Source: Thermoplasmata archaeon
GTDB taxonomy: Archaea; Thermoplasmatota; E2; DHVEG-1
Length of the DNA stretch: 64,000 nt
Direction: 5' to 3'
NCBI GenBank assembly: GCA_003942085.1
Contig: DQIQ01000002.1
Span: 898 to 64,897, forward strand
Shown: piece after piece, positions 11,624-21,212 of the stretch
How positions within the stretch are numbered: the first letter of the stretch is position 1
Layout of the letters: every line of letters begins with the position of its first letter
Position numbers and translations under genes: made by a program
Notes under the pieces: generated by a model
Told to the model about the DNA's origin: nothing
Database searches by the model: none
The model's input: the letters and a program-made list of their open reading frames with translations, nothing else

Positions 11624-12304
11624 ATGGCAAATGAAGGACGTCAAGTAGTCATTCCGGGCCAGGTTCTCGGCGATATCTCAGCGTTTCGGCCTGGCCGAGG
11701 GACATTTGTTGAAAACAAGAAAATCTACGCGGAACGACTGGGAGTCCTCAACATACAAGATACCTTCATTCACATCATCCCTTTAAAAGGGCGGTATGAG
11801 GCGGTTGTCGGTGATTTTGTCATCGGCGTGGTGGAGGAAGCCTCCACCTCTAACTGGATGGTTGATATCAACGCCCCGTACCCAGCACTGCTCCATGTTC
11901 ATGAGGTGCCCTGGGAGATTGAATTTGCCGATACTGAAAAATATTTAAACACCGGTGATACAATACTTGCCAAGGTTCTGTCTGTTGATGAATCAAAGAA
12001 ACTTCAGATAACGCTCAACGACCGAAATTTGTTCAAGCTGAAAGGTGGGCATCTCATTGAATTCGAACCGTCGATGTATCGCCGCATAATGGGAAAGAAA
12101 TATTCGATGATCGAGATCATACAGAAATATACTCGTTGCCGTATCAAGGTTGGAAAGAACGGCCGTATTTGGATTGACGGGGACGCGGAAGGCATCCATA
12201 AAGTGCTCCAAGCGATCTCCAAGATTGAAAGTGAAGCCATAACCTTTGGACTCACTGATAGAATAGAAGAGTTCTTGAAAAAAGATGCAAAGGATGTAAG
12301 ATAA
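11624..12304 (+). CDS. rrp4: exosome complex RNA-binding protein Rrp4 (S1 + KH)
   Basis: 226-aa ORF (VIPGQVLGD..., S1-like GDFVIGVV, C-terminal KH-like region) directly upstream of rrp41/rrp42. Confidence 0.88.
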   Translation: MANEGRQVVIPGQVLGDISAFRPGRGTFVENKKIYAERLGVLNIQDTFIHIIPLKGRYEAVVGDFVIGVVEEASTSNWMVDINAPYPALLHVHEVPWEIEFADTEKYLNTGDTILAKVLSVDESKKLQITLNDRNLFKLKGGHLIEFEPSMYRRIMGKKYSMIEIIQKYTRCRIKVGKNGRIWIDGDAEGIHKVLQAISKIESEAITFGLTDRIEEFLKKDAKDVR

Positions 12305-13038
12305 TGAAATCAGATATGGAGTTAATAACTAGCGAAGGAAAACGAAGAGACGGACGAAGTCCTGAAGATATACGAAAAATCAAGATCGAGGCCGGTGTGC
12401 TTCATCGCGCAGACGGTTCCTGTTACCTTGAATGGGGTGGGAACAAGGTCCTGGCTGCGGTGTATGGCCCGCGAGAAGCGGTCCCAAGGCACACCCAGAA
12501 CCCGCTTAGAGCTATCGTGCAGGCACGCTACAATATGGCTGCGTTCAGCGTCGAGGATCGTAAGCGCCCTGGCCCAGACCGACGAAGCGTCGAGATATCA
12601 AAGGTCATCTCAGAGGCTCTCGAGCGAGTCGTTCTTACGGAGCAGTTCCCCCGAGCAAGCATCGATGTGAACATCGAGGTACTTGATGCAGAAGCTGGAA
12701 CCCGTTGTGCAGGGTTGACTGCTGCTGCGGTCGCGCTGATCGATGCGGGGATCCCCATGCGTGACATCCCGGTTGCTTGTGCAGCAGGGAAAATCGGTGG
12801 GCAGGTCGTCCTTGATTTAGGAAAAGAGGAGGATAACTTTGGTGATGCTGACCTCCCGATCGCAATCTCACCCCGGACCGGTGAAGTGCTCCTGCTTCAG
12901 ATGGATGGCCATCTTACACTGGATGAGTTCAATCAGGCGTTTGATCTGGCTGTGAAAGGATGCCATATCGTATCAGAAATCCAGAAGAAAGCAATCATGC
13001 ATAAGTATCAGTCTGCTGCCGCGGAGGTGCAAGAATGA
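12304..13038 (+). CDS. rrp41: exosome complex exonuclease Rrp41 (RNase PH fold)
   Basis: 244-aa ORF with [45 protein letters not shown], a typical RNase PH domain. Its start overlaps the rrp4 stop. Confidence 0.93.
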   Translation: MKSDMELITSEGKRRDGRSPEDIRKIKIEAGVLHRADGSCYLEWGGNKVLAAVYGPREAVPRHTQNPLRAIVQARYNMAAFSVEDRKRPGPDRRSVEISKVISEALERVVLTEQFPRASIDVNIEVLDAEAGTRCAGLTAAAVALIDAGIPMRDIPVACAAGKIGGQVVLDLGKEEDNFGDADLPIAISPRTGEVLLLQMDGHLTLDEFNQAFDLAVKGCHIVSEIQKKAIMHKYQSAAAEVQE

Positions 13039-13928
13039 CCATAGTTCCTATCATTAAACGAGATTATATCACGAAGCTTGCTGAAGAAGGGAAACGTATC
13101 GACGGGCGTGATTTTAATCACTATCGGAAGATTGAGATTGAGACAAATGTCGTCAACAAGGCAGAAGGCTCCGCACGAGTGAAAATTGGAAACACCCAGG
13201 TGCTTTGCGGTATAAAAATGGATATCGGCGAGCCATTCCCCGATACCCCAAAGACAGGGGTCATGAGTACCGCTGCTGAGTTTATTCCAATGGCGTCCCC
13301 TGATTTTGAGTCAGGTCCTCCACGAGAGGATGCTATCGAGCTTGCCCGCGTCGTAGATAGAGGGGTCCGCGAATCCCAGGTGATCCAACTCGATAAGCTC
13401 TGCATCACCCCCGCTGAAAAAGTATGGTTGGTGTTCATTGACATTCACATCCTTGATTATGACGGAAACCTGTTTGATGCCGCGTCCCTTGCTGCACTTG
13501 CTGCACTGTTGACGACAAAGGTTCCTGTTTCTCGATTCTTAAAAGAATTAAGCGAAAAAGATAGAGCCTCCTGGCAGGAACGACTGTTAGAGCTCTATAC
13601 CATACCTGGGGTCGATGAGGTTCCGTTTGGAGTTGATGAAGCAGATCCAAAACCAATAAAGAATTTTCCTCTGCCCATGAGCGAGCCCCCGGTTTCTTGT
13701 ACTGCTGTGAAAATCAATGATTTTGTCTTCTTTGACCCTTGTTTTGATGAAGAAGTCATCGCAGACGTCCGATTAACGGTCGCAACAGACCATAAAGGTG
13801 ATATCCGAGCGATGCAGAAAGGGCGTTCCGGGAGCTTTTCTAAGGAAGAGATACAAAAAGTTATAAAAGGAGCTCTCGATAACGGGCAAGAAATACGGAA
13901 GAAACTTTACCATAGCATAGGGAAATAA
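13035..13928 (+). CDS. rrp42: exosome complex protein Rrp42 (RNase PH fold)
   Basis: 297-aa ORF with [43 protein letters not shown]. It overlaps rrp41 by 4 nt. Confidence 0.9.
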   Translation: MTIVPIIKRDYITKLAEEGKRIDGRDFNHYRKIEIETNVVNKAEGSARVKIGNTQVLCGIKMDIGEPFPDTPKTGVMSTAAEFIPMASPDFESGPPREDAIELARVVDRGVRESQVIQLDKLCITPAEKVWLVFIDIHILDYDGNLFDAASLAALAALLTTKVPVSRFLKELSEKDRASWQERLLELYTIPGVDEVPFGVDEADPKPIKNFPLPMSEPPVSCTAVKINDFVFFDPCFDEEVIADVRLTVATDHKGDIRAMQKGRSGSFSKEEIQKVIKGALDNGQEIRKKLYHSIGK

Positions 13929-13929
13929 A

Positions 13930-14223
13930 ATGTCAAAACGAACCAAGAAAGTTGGCACGTCAGGTCGTTTCGCAGAACGATACGGTGTGAAATCACGAAC
14001 CATGATCCGCGAGGTCGAAAGCCAACAGAGGCTGCGTCATGCCTGCCCACGGTGCGGTAAGAAAGCGGTTCAACGAACCAGCACCAGTATTTGGGAATGC
14101 AAGAAATGCGGCAATATCTTTGCTGGTGGCGCATACATGCCTACGACTCCTTCCGGTGTGACCGCTGAACGAATCCTCAAAGGACTCCCCGTTGAGCTCC
14201 CTGTTGAGGAGGAATCAAAGTGA
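13930..14223 (+). CDS. rpl37ae: 50S ribosomal protein L37Ae
   Basis: 97-aa ORF with RTKKVGTSGRFAERYG and a Zn-ribbon CPRCGK...CKKCG. Confidence 0.93.
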   Translation: MSKRTKKVGTSGRFAERYGVKSRTMIREVESQQRLRHACPRCGKKAVQRTSTSIWECKKCGNIFAGGAYMPTTPSGVTAERILKGLPVELPVEEESK

Positions 14224-14360
14224 CCCGGTACAAATGTGGTTTGTGTAAGAAAGCAGTCCAGTTCGATGTGAAAAACATCGGGATGCAATGCCCGTACTGC
14301 GGAAGCAAGGTGTTCTATAAAGAACGACCGACGGTGGCAAAACGCATCAAAGGCGTATGA
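14220..14360 (+). CDS. rpoP: DNA-directed RNA polymerase subunit P (Rpo12)
   Basis: 46-aa ORF found by manual translation; it falls below the track's length cut-off. The product is VTRYKCGLCKKAVQFDVKNIGMQCPYCGSKVFYKERPTVAKRIKGV, with a CxxC...CxxC Zn-ribbon. The GTG start overlaps the rpl37ae stop, and the position in the superoperon is conserved. Confidence 0.8.
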   Translation: MTRYKCGLCKKAVQFDVKNIGMQCPYCGSKVFYKERPTVAKRIKGV

Positions 14361-14596
14361 CACACAAAGCGTCATTCCTCTTTTTCTTTTCATCTACAAA
14401 GGATGCTTGCGTCATAGCCCAATCGCTCTCCCCTGAGACCCACCATCGGATCCCGAAGTCATATGTCAGATTGACTGTTGAGAAAAAAACACTTTCGATG
14501 ACGATTGAGTCTGAGGAGGTCAGCTCCCTGCGTGCCGCATGCAACTCGTATCTGCGCTGGATTCAGACTGCTCTTTCAGTCCGGCAACTTGTTTAG
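14357..14596 (+). CDS. pcc1: KEOPS complex subunit Pcc1
   Basis: 79-aa ORF with the Pcc1-like pattern A..IAQSLSPE...LSMTIESEEVSSLRAACNSYLRWIQTA. The ATG overlaps the rpoP stop (ATGA). Confidence 0.75.
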   Translation: MTHKASFLFFFSSTKDACVIAQSLSPETHHRIPKSYVRLTVEKKTLSMTIESEEVSSLRAACNSYLRWIQTALSVRQLV

Positions 14597-15858
14597 ACAT
14601 CGATGGTTTCAGATCGTCCAGGGCCTATAGAGACCAGTTCGATGGGGACTGTTGTTTCTTTTTCTATGAACCTAAGGTAAGTTTGTGCTTCTTTGGGAAG
14701 AGCGAAGAATGAAGAGGTCTTTGAGTCGATGGTGTCCCATCCTTTGAAAGTCTTATAGACCGGTTTACAGACTGCAACATCATCTATACTTGCGGGGAAA
14801 TAGTCGATCTTCTTGCCGTTGAGGTTATAGTGCGTGCAGACCTTGATTTCAGGAAGGCTGTTTAACACGTCAAGTTTGGTGATGGCAAGCTTTGTGATCC
14901 CTGAAAGGATGCAGGAGTGTCTGATGATGACCAGATCAAGCCACCCACATCGACGCGGCCGACTGGTTGTCGTACCGATCTCATGACCGACCTTTTGAAG
15001 ATGCTGACCGGTTTTGTCTAAAAGCTCAGTTGGGAACGGTCCTTCACCAACCCGGGTGGTGTAGGCTTTGACAATGCCGATGATCTCATCAATGGTCCGT
15101 GGTCCGATACCAGCACCGATCGATGACCCACCAGCAATCACGTGGGATGAGGTCGTAAATGGATAAGTACCAAACTCGACATCAAGCATGGTCCCTTGAG
15201 CACCTTCCAAGAGGATGTTTTTCTTTTTCTGCATCGCGTTATAAAGCTCAAGGTGGGTCGCAGTGATGTACTCCTGCAGTCGTTTTCCATATGCGCTATA
15301 GGTCTTGAGGATTTCCTTTTGTTCAAGAGTCGTTTTGATTCCATAGATATCTATCAATTTTTGTTTAAGAGGAAGGATTCGGTCAAGTAATTTTTTTAAC
15401 CTATCTTCGTTAGTTAAGTCGATTGCTCGAATACCGTTACGCGCCACTTTATCGCTATAGCAGGGTCCGATACCTCGCTTCGTCGTCCCTATCTTCTTAT
15501 CACCAAGATACTGCTCCTCCGCACCATCTAAAATCTTATGATACGGCATGATGATGTTCGCCCGGTCGCTGATGAGCAGCTTAGGTTTTTTCCCTCGTTG
15601 TATTAACTCGTCGATTTCTTGGAGGAGGATGTCTGGGTCTATGACGACACCGTTGCCGATGATCCCGGTCTTTCCCTGAATCACGCCAGAAGGTACCACG
15701 TGGAGTTTGTAGACTTCCTCTCCGACTTTAATAGTATGACCAGCGTTATTTCCACCTTGAAAACGTACCACGTAATCCGCGTTTTTTGAATAGTAATCAA
15801 CAACTTTTCCTTTGCCTTCATCGCCCCATTGCGTCCCAATCACCAAAGTAACGGTCAT
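14593..15858 (-). CDS. purA: adenylosuccinate synthase
   Basis: Carries the GTQWGDEGKGK P-loop and the GIGPCYSDK and TTRVGEGPFPTE motifs. I prefer the ATG at 15858 (MTVTLVIGTQWGDEGKGK) over the track's TTG at 15879. Confidence 0.95.
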   Translation of the reverse strand: MTVTLVIGTQWGDEGKGKVVDYYSKNADYVVRFQGGNNAGHTIKVGEEVYKLHVVPSGVIQGKTGIIGNGVVIDPDILLQEIDELIQRGKKPKLLISDRANIIMPYHKILDGAEEQYLGDKKIGTTKRGIGPCYSDKVARNGIRAIDLTNEDRLKKLLDRILPLKQKLIDIYGIKTTLEQKEILKTYSAYGKRLQEYITATHLELYNAMQKKKNILLEGAQGTMLDVEFGTYPFTTSSHVIAGGSSIGAGIGPRTIDEIIGIVKAYTTRVGEGPFPTELLDKTGQHLQKVGHEIGTTTSRPRRCGWLDLVIIRHSCILSGITKLAITKLDVLNSLPEIKVCTHYNLNGKKIDYFPASIDDVAVCKPVYKTFKGWDTIDSKTSSFFALPKEAQTYLRFIEKETTVPIELVSIGPGRSETIDV

Positions 15859-15906
15859 GATCCTTCCCTTTTCTCGCAATAGAAAACAGCTACATAAAGA
15901 TACTGA

Positions 15907-16302
15907 CTAGTGAGTTGCTACTTTGATATCTATCGTAGGCGGGTTCTGTAAATGTCGTTTTACGGTGCACGTCTCCGCAGCCTTAATCACCGCTTTTTCG
16001 TATTTCTGAGGAAAGTCATCCGGGATGCGGATGGTGATATCACAGCGTTCCACCAGATGCGTCTTTGGATTTCTCTGCATCGACGCATGAAGGGTGATGT
16101 TTTCTGTCGGGATGTTGTTCTTCTGGCAAAAACTCAGTACATAATATCCAGTACAGGTCCCAATCGAGGCAAGGAACAAATCAAACGGTGACGGGGCAGT
16201 TCCTGATCCACCATCAACAATCGGTTGATCGGTTCTAACGGTAAAATCACCAAACAACGCCTCAACTTTCTTCCCATCCGGGAAACGAATCTCCATTTCC
16301 AT
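15907..16302 (-). CDS. OsmC/Ohr-family two-cysteine protein
   Basis: 131-aa ORF with the OsmC-like pattern GSGTAPSPFDLFLASIGTCTG...AAETCTVKRHL (two conserved Cys). It lies 17 nt downstream of the last hdrA-type gene on the same strand. Confidence 0.75.
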   Translation of the reverse strand: MEMEIRFPDGKKVEALFGDFTVRTDQPIVDGGSGTAPSPFDLFLASIGTCTGYYVLSFCQKNNIPTENITLHASMQRNPKTHLVERCDITIRIPDDFPQKYEKAVIKAAETCTVKRHLQNPPTIDIKVATH

Positions 16303-16319
16303 ATCCTCATCCTCTTTTC

Positions 16320-19300
16320 CTATGATTCTTTTAAATAAGAAACCAACTTTTTTTCTGTCATTTCCTCAATCATGGGAAGTATCTGTTTATCCTTGAACCC
16401 TCGTTGTTGAATAGCACTGCTCGGACAGGCGCTCACACACGTCCCGCACCCTTGGCACAGTCCCTCGTTGATCTTTGCATGAATCACGGTTTTTCCATCC
16501 TTTTTTTCTTCGACCCGTTCGATCGCGTTATACGGACACACCGAGATACAAATGCTGCACCCGCTGCAGAGATCTTCATCAACAAAAGCGACATTGGGCT
16601 CTGCCTTTAATGTAGGTTTACACAAGATGGTCGCAGCCCGCGCAGCCGCAGCCTGCGCCTGATAAATCGACTCATTGATGAACTTGGGGACATGACAGTT
16701 CCCAGCAACGAACACCCCGCGTGTCGAAAAATCGACAGGCCGAAGCTTCACATGCGCCTCAAGGAAAAATCCGTCATCGTTCACTGGGACCTTCAATAGT
16801 TTCCCGATCGCCGGGTTATCCAGATTGGGTTGCAGCCCTGTTGAAAGAATCAGATGATCTGCTGGTATCTTCAGATACTCCCCAAGCATCGGCTCATGGA
16901 CTTTTACCACCAGTCCGTTCTTCGATTCAAGCTCCGGTTTCTTCTCAGGGTCGTACTGGAGGAACATGACTCCTTTTTCCCTCGCGTCCTTATAGAACCG
17001 TTCTTTGAAACCATACGTCATTAAATCCCGATAGAGGACAAATACCTCGGATCGCGGGTTCAACTCTTTTATCTTGAGAGCGTTTTTTACCGCCTGCATG
17101 CAACAAATCCTGCTACAGTACGGTCGTTTCTCATCACGGCATTCCACACACTGGATCATGACAAATGTTTCACCGTCGACAATATCCTCTTTGGTGCTTT
17201 CAGAGAGAACCTTCTCAAGCTCCGATTGTGTCAGCACGCGCGGGTCTTTGCCATAATGATAGGTGTGTGGTGTGTACTCATCTGCACCGACCGTCACCAC
17301 GATCACCCCATGAGAAAACGGTATCATTCCGGTCGGGGTCTGGATATCAGACTCGTAACTCCCGACATAACCTTTTAAGGTTTTCACCTGCGAGCTGGTA
17401 TGCACTTTTATCAGAGGATGCTTCGAAACCTTCTCTGTTATTTCCTTAAGCAGTCGGGGGATGTCAATACCGTCAACGGTATAGTACACTTTATGTAAGT
17501 AACCACCAAGCCTTTTTTCTTTTTCGACCAACACCGTCTCGTATCCTTGATCGGCAAGAGACAAAGCCGCTGTCATGCCTGCGATCCCACCACCGATGAC
17601 CAAGGCTTTTTGTAAAACAGGGATCTCAGCTTCTTGAATCGGTTGTAAAAACCTGGTCTTTGCCACCGTCATCGCAATCAGTTGCTTTGCTTTTTCCGTG
17701 GCTTTGGCAGGTTCATCCATGTGGACCCAGGAGCATTGCTCCCGGATGTTCGTCATCTCGAGCAGATACGGATTGAGCCCTGCATCCCGCAGGCTTTTCT
17801 GGAACAGCGGCTCATGCGTCCGAGGTGTGCACGCTGCAATCAAGATACGGTTCAAATCATGTTTCTTGATCGCGTCCACAATCTTCTTCTGCGTATCCTC
17901 AGAACAGGTATAGATGTTCGACTCGACAAAAGCGACATCCTCCAGTGATTTTACATATTCCACGACAGCAGGGACATCCACATAGCCGCCGATGTTGATC
18001 CCGCAATGGCAGAGAAACACGCCAATGCGAGGCTTCTGCGCAGACACATCCTTCTCTGCTGGATACTTTTTTTCTGTAACAAGCGTGCCCCGTGAGTCCT
18101 TCAACAGCGCCGCTGCGTTGGCTGCGGCTGCAGACGCCTGCATCACCGACTCTGGGATCGCCTGCGGTTCCAGGAATGAGCCTGCAACAAAAATCCCTGG
18201 TTTGATGACCACGGGATCATCCGCACTCGTCCGCACATAATTAAACTCATTGACGTCAAAACCAAGGGTATCCATCAGCTCGCTATGTCGTTCACCAGCA
18301 CCACACAATCCGACAGAAAGGACCACAAGGTTGTAGGTTTCCTCTTTGAACTCTCCCTTATCATCCTCGTATTTTATTCTCAGATCCCTTGTTTTAGGGT
18401 CTTCAGTAATCTCAGAGATCCGTGACCGAACATACCGCAGTCCTTGTTCTTTTTTCGCCCGATTGATGTATTTATCGAAATCCTTGCCATACGAACGAAC
18501 ATCGATGTAGAACACGGTCGGCTCGATATCGGACGCATGCTCCTTGGCAATGACCGCTTCTTTTGCGGTGTACATACAGCACATCGCTGAGCAATAATCA
18601 TGGTTTACAGAGGCATCCCGGGAACCCACACAATGCACCCAGGCGACCTTTATCGGATGCTTCTGGTCACTCGGCCGCAGGATCTTGCCCTGCGTCGGAC
18701 CAGATGCTGATAAGACCCGCTCAAACTCCACACTCGTGAGCACATTCTTGTATTTCTTATAACCAAACTCTGGTTTTACCACAGGATCGAACGGTGGGGA
18801 ACCAGCAGCGATAATCACTGCACCAACATGAAACAAGAGATGCTCTGGTTTCTGCTCATGGTTAATCGCACCTGATTTGCATTCTTTGACACAGCGCATG
18901 CAATCGACACAGCCGCGATGCTTCCCATCGCCTTCCTTGTCGATCACATACGCGTTCGGGATCGCCTGCGGGAACGGCTTGTAGATAGCCTTGCGTTTCA
19001 CCAACCCGTACTCAAACGCATTGGGCAAAGAAACAGGACAGACTGCCTCACAGCTCCCGCACGATGTGCATTTCTCCAGGTCGATAAAGCGCGGCTTCTT
19101 TAGCACCTTTACCGTAAAATTCCCTGGGTTCCCTTCGATACCTTCTACCACGACATTAGTAAGAATCTCGATGTTTTGATGACGGGCACAATCCACGAGC
19201 TTTGGGGACAAGATGCACATGGAACAATCATTGGTCGGGAATGTCTTGTCAAGCTGCGCCATGACGCCACCGATTGTCGGTGATTTCTCAAGGACGTAGA

Positions 19301-19400
19301 CTTTGTATCCCATGTCAGCAAGATCAAGAGCAGCCTGCACCCCGGTGATGCCACCACCGACCACAGCAATCGCTCCGATTGTCTCAGATTTTTTTGTCAT
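16320..19400 (-). CDS. tandem (double) HdrA-like flavoprotein / Fe-S protein
   Basis: 1026-aa ORF in two halves. Residues ~1-455 carry VVGGGITG, DKTFPTNDCSMC, CTSCGSCEAVCP and YCSAMCCMYTAKEA. Residues ~457-1026 open with the HdrA N-terminal-domain signature PRIGVFLCHCGINIGGYV, followed by VIGGGIAG and YCSRICCMQAVKNA. The protein ends in CSGCSICISVCP and CQGCGTCVSACP. Confidence 0.85.
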   Translation of the reverse strand: MTKKSETIGAIAVVGGGITGVQAALDLADMGYKVYVLEKSPTIGGVMAQLDKTFPTNDCSMCILSPKLVDCARHQNIEILTNVVVEGIEGNPGNFTVKVLKKPRFIDLEKCTSCGSCEAVCPVSLPNAFEYGLVKRKAIYKPFPQAIPNAYVIDKEGDGKHRGCVDCMRCVKECKSGAINHEQKPEHLLFHVGAVIIAAGSPPFDPVVKPEFGYKKYKNVLTSVEFERVLSASGPTQGKILRPSDQKHPIKVAWVHCVGSRDASVNHDYCSAMCCMYTAKEAVIAKEHASDIEPTVFYIDVRSYGKDFDKYINRAKKEQGLRYVRSRISEITEDPKTRDLRIKYEDDKGEFKEETYNLVVLSVGLCGAGERHSELMDTLGFDVNEFNYVRTSADDPVVIKPGIFVAGSFLEPQAIPESVMQASAAAANAAALLKDSRGTLVTEKKYPAEKDVSAQKPRIGVFLCHCGINIGGYVDVPAVVEYVKSLEDVAFVESNIYTCSEDTQKKIVDAIKKHDLNRILIAACTPRTHEPLFQKSLRDAGLNPYLLEMTNIREQCSWVHMDEPAKATEKAKQLIAMTVAKTRFLQPIQEAEIPVLQKALVIGGGIAGMTAALSLADQGYETVLVEKEKRLGGYLHKVYYTVDGIDIPRLLKEITEKVSKHPLIKVHTSSQVKTLKGYVGSYESDIQTPTGMIPFSHGVIVVTVGADEYTPHTYHYGKDPRVLTQSELEKVLSESTKEDIVDGETFVMIQCVECRDEKRPYCSRICCMQAVKNALKIKELNPRSEVFVLYRDLMTYGFKERFYKDAREKGVMFLQYDPEKKPELESKNGLVVKVHEPMLGEYLKIPADHLILSTGLQPNLDNPAIGKLLKVPVNDDGFFLEAHVKLRPVDFSTRGVFVAGNCHVPKFINESIYQAQAAAARAATILCKPTLKAEPNVAFVDEDLCSGCSICISVCPYNAIERVEEKKDGKTVIHAKINEGLCQGCGTCVSACPSSAIQQRGFKDKQILPMIEEMTEKKLVSYLKES

Positions 19401-19407
19401 AGGTCAT

Positions 19408-20073
19408 CTATTTTGTTGTCCGATTGTATCCTTCTTTCATCGCGATGTTCTTAATAGCATTCATCAATTTTGGTATCTCGACTCCTTGTGGACATTGGGT
19501 GAAACACCGATGATGAGACGAGCAGATCTCAACAAACTTGTTGCAGAACACTGGCTCTTTCATCCCCAGGAGCACGTTCTTGATTACTCTGCGTGGTGAA
19601 TACAGTGCATCAAGCTCCCGCTCAGGGCAACCCGCTGTACACGTACCGCAGGAGAAACACTCATAGAGGTCCTTACCAGCCTTATCCTGTGTTATTTTAT
19701 ATTTGAAATCCAAATCAAGGTACTTCTTGGTCTGCTCCCCGGTGACATACTCAACGTGTTCCTCAAGGAGCCGGGCGTCCCGCACCGCGTTCATGACTTC
19801 TTTTACATTGACCTTCTGCGGACATTTCTCTAAGCATCGATAATGAGCGCTGCAGATCCAGAAGAACTCACTGGTCAGCACCTCTTCTTTTAATCCGAGG
19901 AGTGCTTTCCGGATGACGACCCGCGCGTTCCACTCTGGTTTGACGTCCATCTCAGGACAACGGGCGGTACACGCACCACATGCGAAGCATTTGAGGATGC
20001 CTTCGCCACCCTCTTCTTTAGCTATCTGAAACTTGAATCCAGGGTCAATCTTGCGGGAGTCGATCACATCCAT
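19408..20073 (-). CDS. internally duplicated HdrC-like Fe-S protein
   Basis: 221-aa ORF with two ~105-aa repeats. Each has CxxCxxCxxxCPE (CFACGACTARCPE; CFSCGTCTAGCPE) followed by a degenerate second motif (ICSAHYRCLEKCPQ; ICSSHHRCFTQCPQ). Confidence 0.7.
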   Translation of the reverse strand: MDVIDSRKIDPGFKFQIAKEEGGEGILKCFACGACTARCPEMDVKPEWNARVVIRKALLGLKEEVLTSEFFWICSAHYRCLEKCPQKVNVKEVMNAVRDARLLEEHVEYVTGEQTKKYLDLDFKYKITQDKAGKDLYECFSCGTCTAGCPERELDALYSPRRVIKNVLLGMKEPVFCNKFVEICSSHHRCFTQCPQGVEIPKLMNAIKNIAMKEGYNRTTK

Positions 20074-20074
20074 G

Positions 20075-21196
20075 TTACTTTTCTCCTACCTCCAAGAACT
20101 CATCCTCCCGATAGACGATCATCGGGACTTTCTCGGTCCTGTCCTTGCCGGGGTGATAATCAAACTCCTTCTGAGCATTCTCAGCAGCAGGGATGAACAC
20201 TTCCATAAGCGGAATATTGTTGGGGCACGCCTGTTCGCATAACCCGCACTCCACACAAGAAAGGATCATATGGTTCATCCGCCCGAGCTGAAAGAGCAGC
20301 GCATCGTTCGGCATCTTAAACAACCCTTTGACCTCTGCTCTGCGCAAAAACTTATACGCTTCGGCGTCGAACACTGATGAGTCGAACAGACACTCTTTAC
20401 AGTAACAAATCGGGCACGCCTGCCGGCAGTTATGACAGTTGACGCATTTATCGAAAAACTCAGCGACCTTATCGATCCCTTTGATTCCTTCTTTTTCTTT
20501 GAGGAATAACGCACGTTTCTTGGTCTTTTCGTCACGGATCTCTTTTACTGCTTTCTCCCGGCTTTTCCCTTCTTTTTCATCCTCAAGAGGTAAGTCTTTT
20601 AGGATTTCCTTTCCGACGTCAGAGTGCGCCTCAACAATAATTTCTTTTTCGAAATCAGTGCCGTAGAACCCAAGGATGATATCTGCGTTTGTTGGAATAG
20701 GGTCTTTGCACATCCGACAAACCGAGCGGAAATATTTTTCTGCGTCATCGGATTTCTTTACCCATGCTTCAAGGAGGAAATGCGTAGGTGTTTTCTTCTC
20801 AGGGAACTCCGCATAGGTGTTTAGGGGAAACGTACCTGGGCAGTCGACGCCGATGATCACGATGTTTATGAGATTCGCTTGGTTCAGCTTCACCAGTTCG
20901 ATGAGCGCCCGGATCTGACAGGACCGCATGACGACCCCGATGGGTTTAGCAGGTGGCTGCACTTTCGTCATCTTTGACACCATAGCGGCGGTTGACGCGG
21001 GAAGAATCGGTGCAATAATATCAGCGTGAAGCTTCTTTGGGTCGGAGATCAGCACCGGGAAAGCGACTTTTTTCGACGGAGTGTTCTGCGGGACAAGTAA
21101 CGCCTGGATTTTTCCTGAGGAAAGCAACTGTCTGAAGAACTCGTTGGTCGATCCTATCACGTCATTATCCTTGACTTTGATTACTTTTTGTGTCAT
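20075..21196 (-). CDS. FrhB/FdhB-family (F420/flavin-binding beta-subunit-like) protein with a C-terminal 2x[4Fe-4S] ferredoxin domain
   Basis: I place the start at ATG 21196, which is preceded by GGAGGAGGAAG. The track's 21250 start would overlap mvhD. The FrhB-like segments are IGVVMRSCQIRALIE...IVIIGVDCPGTF and CRMCKDPIPTNADIILGFYG. The C-terminus has CVNCHNCRQACP and CVECGLCEQACP. Confidence 0.6.
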   Translation of the reverse strand: MTQKVIKVKDNDVIGSTNEFFRQLLSSGKIQALLVPQNTPSKKVAFPVLISDPKKLHADIIAPILPASTAAMVSKMTKVQPPAKPIGVVMRSCQIRALIELVKLNQANLINIVIIGVDCPGTFPLNTYAEFPEKKTPTHFLLEAWVKKSDDAEKYFRSVCRMCKDPIPTNADIILGFYGTDFEKEIIVEAHSDVGKEILKDLPLEDEKEGKSREKAVKEIRDEKTKKRALFLKEKEGIKGIDKVAEFFDKCVNCHNCRQACPICYCKECLFDSSVFDAEAYKFLRRAEVKGLFKMPNDALLFQLGRMNHMILSCVECGLCEQACPNNIPLMEVFIPAAENAQKEFDYHPGKDRTEKVPMIVYREDEFLEVGEK

Positions 21197-21212
21197 TTTT
21201 CTTCCTCCTCCC

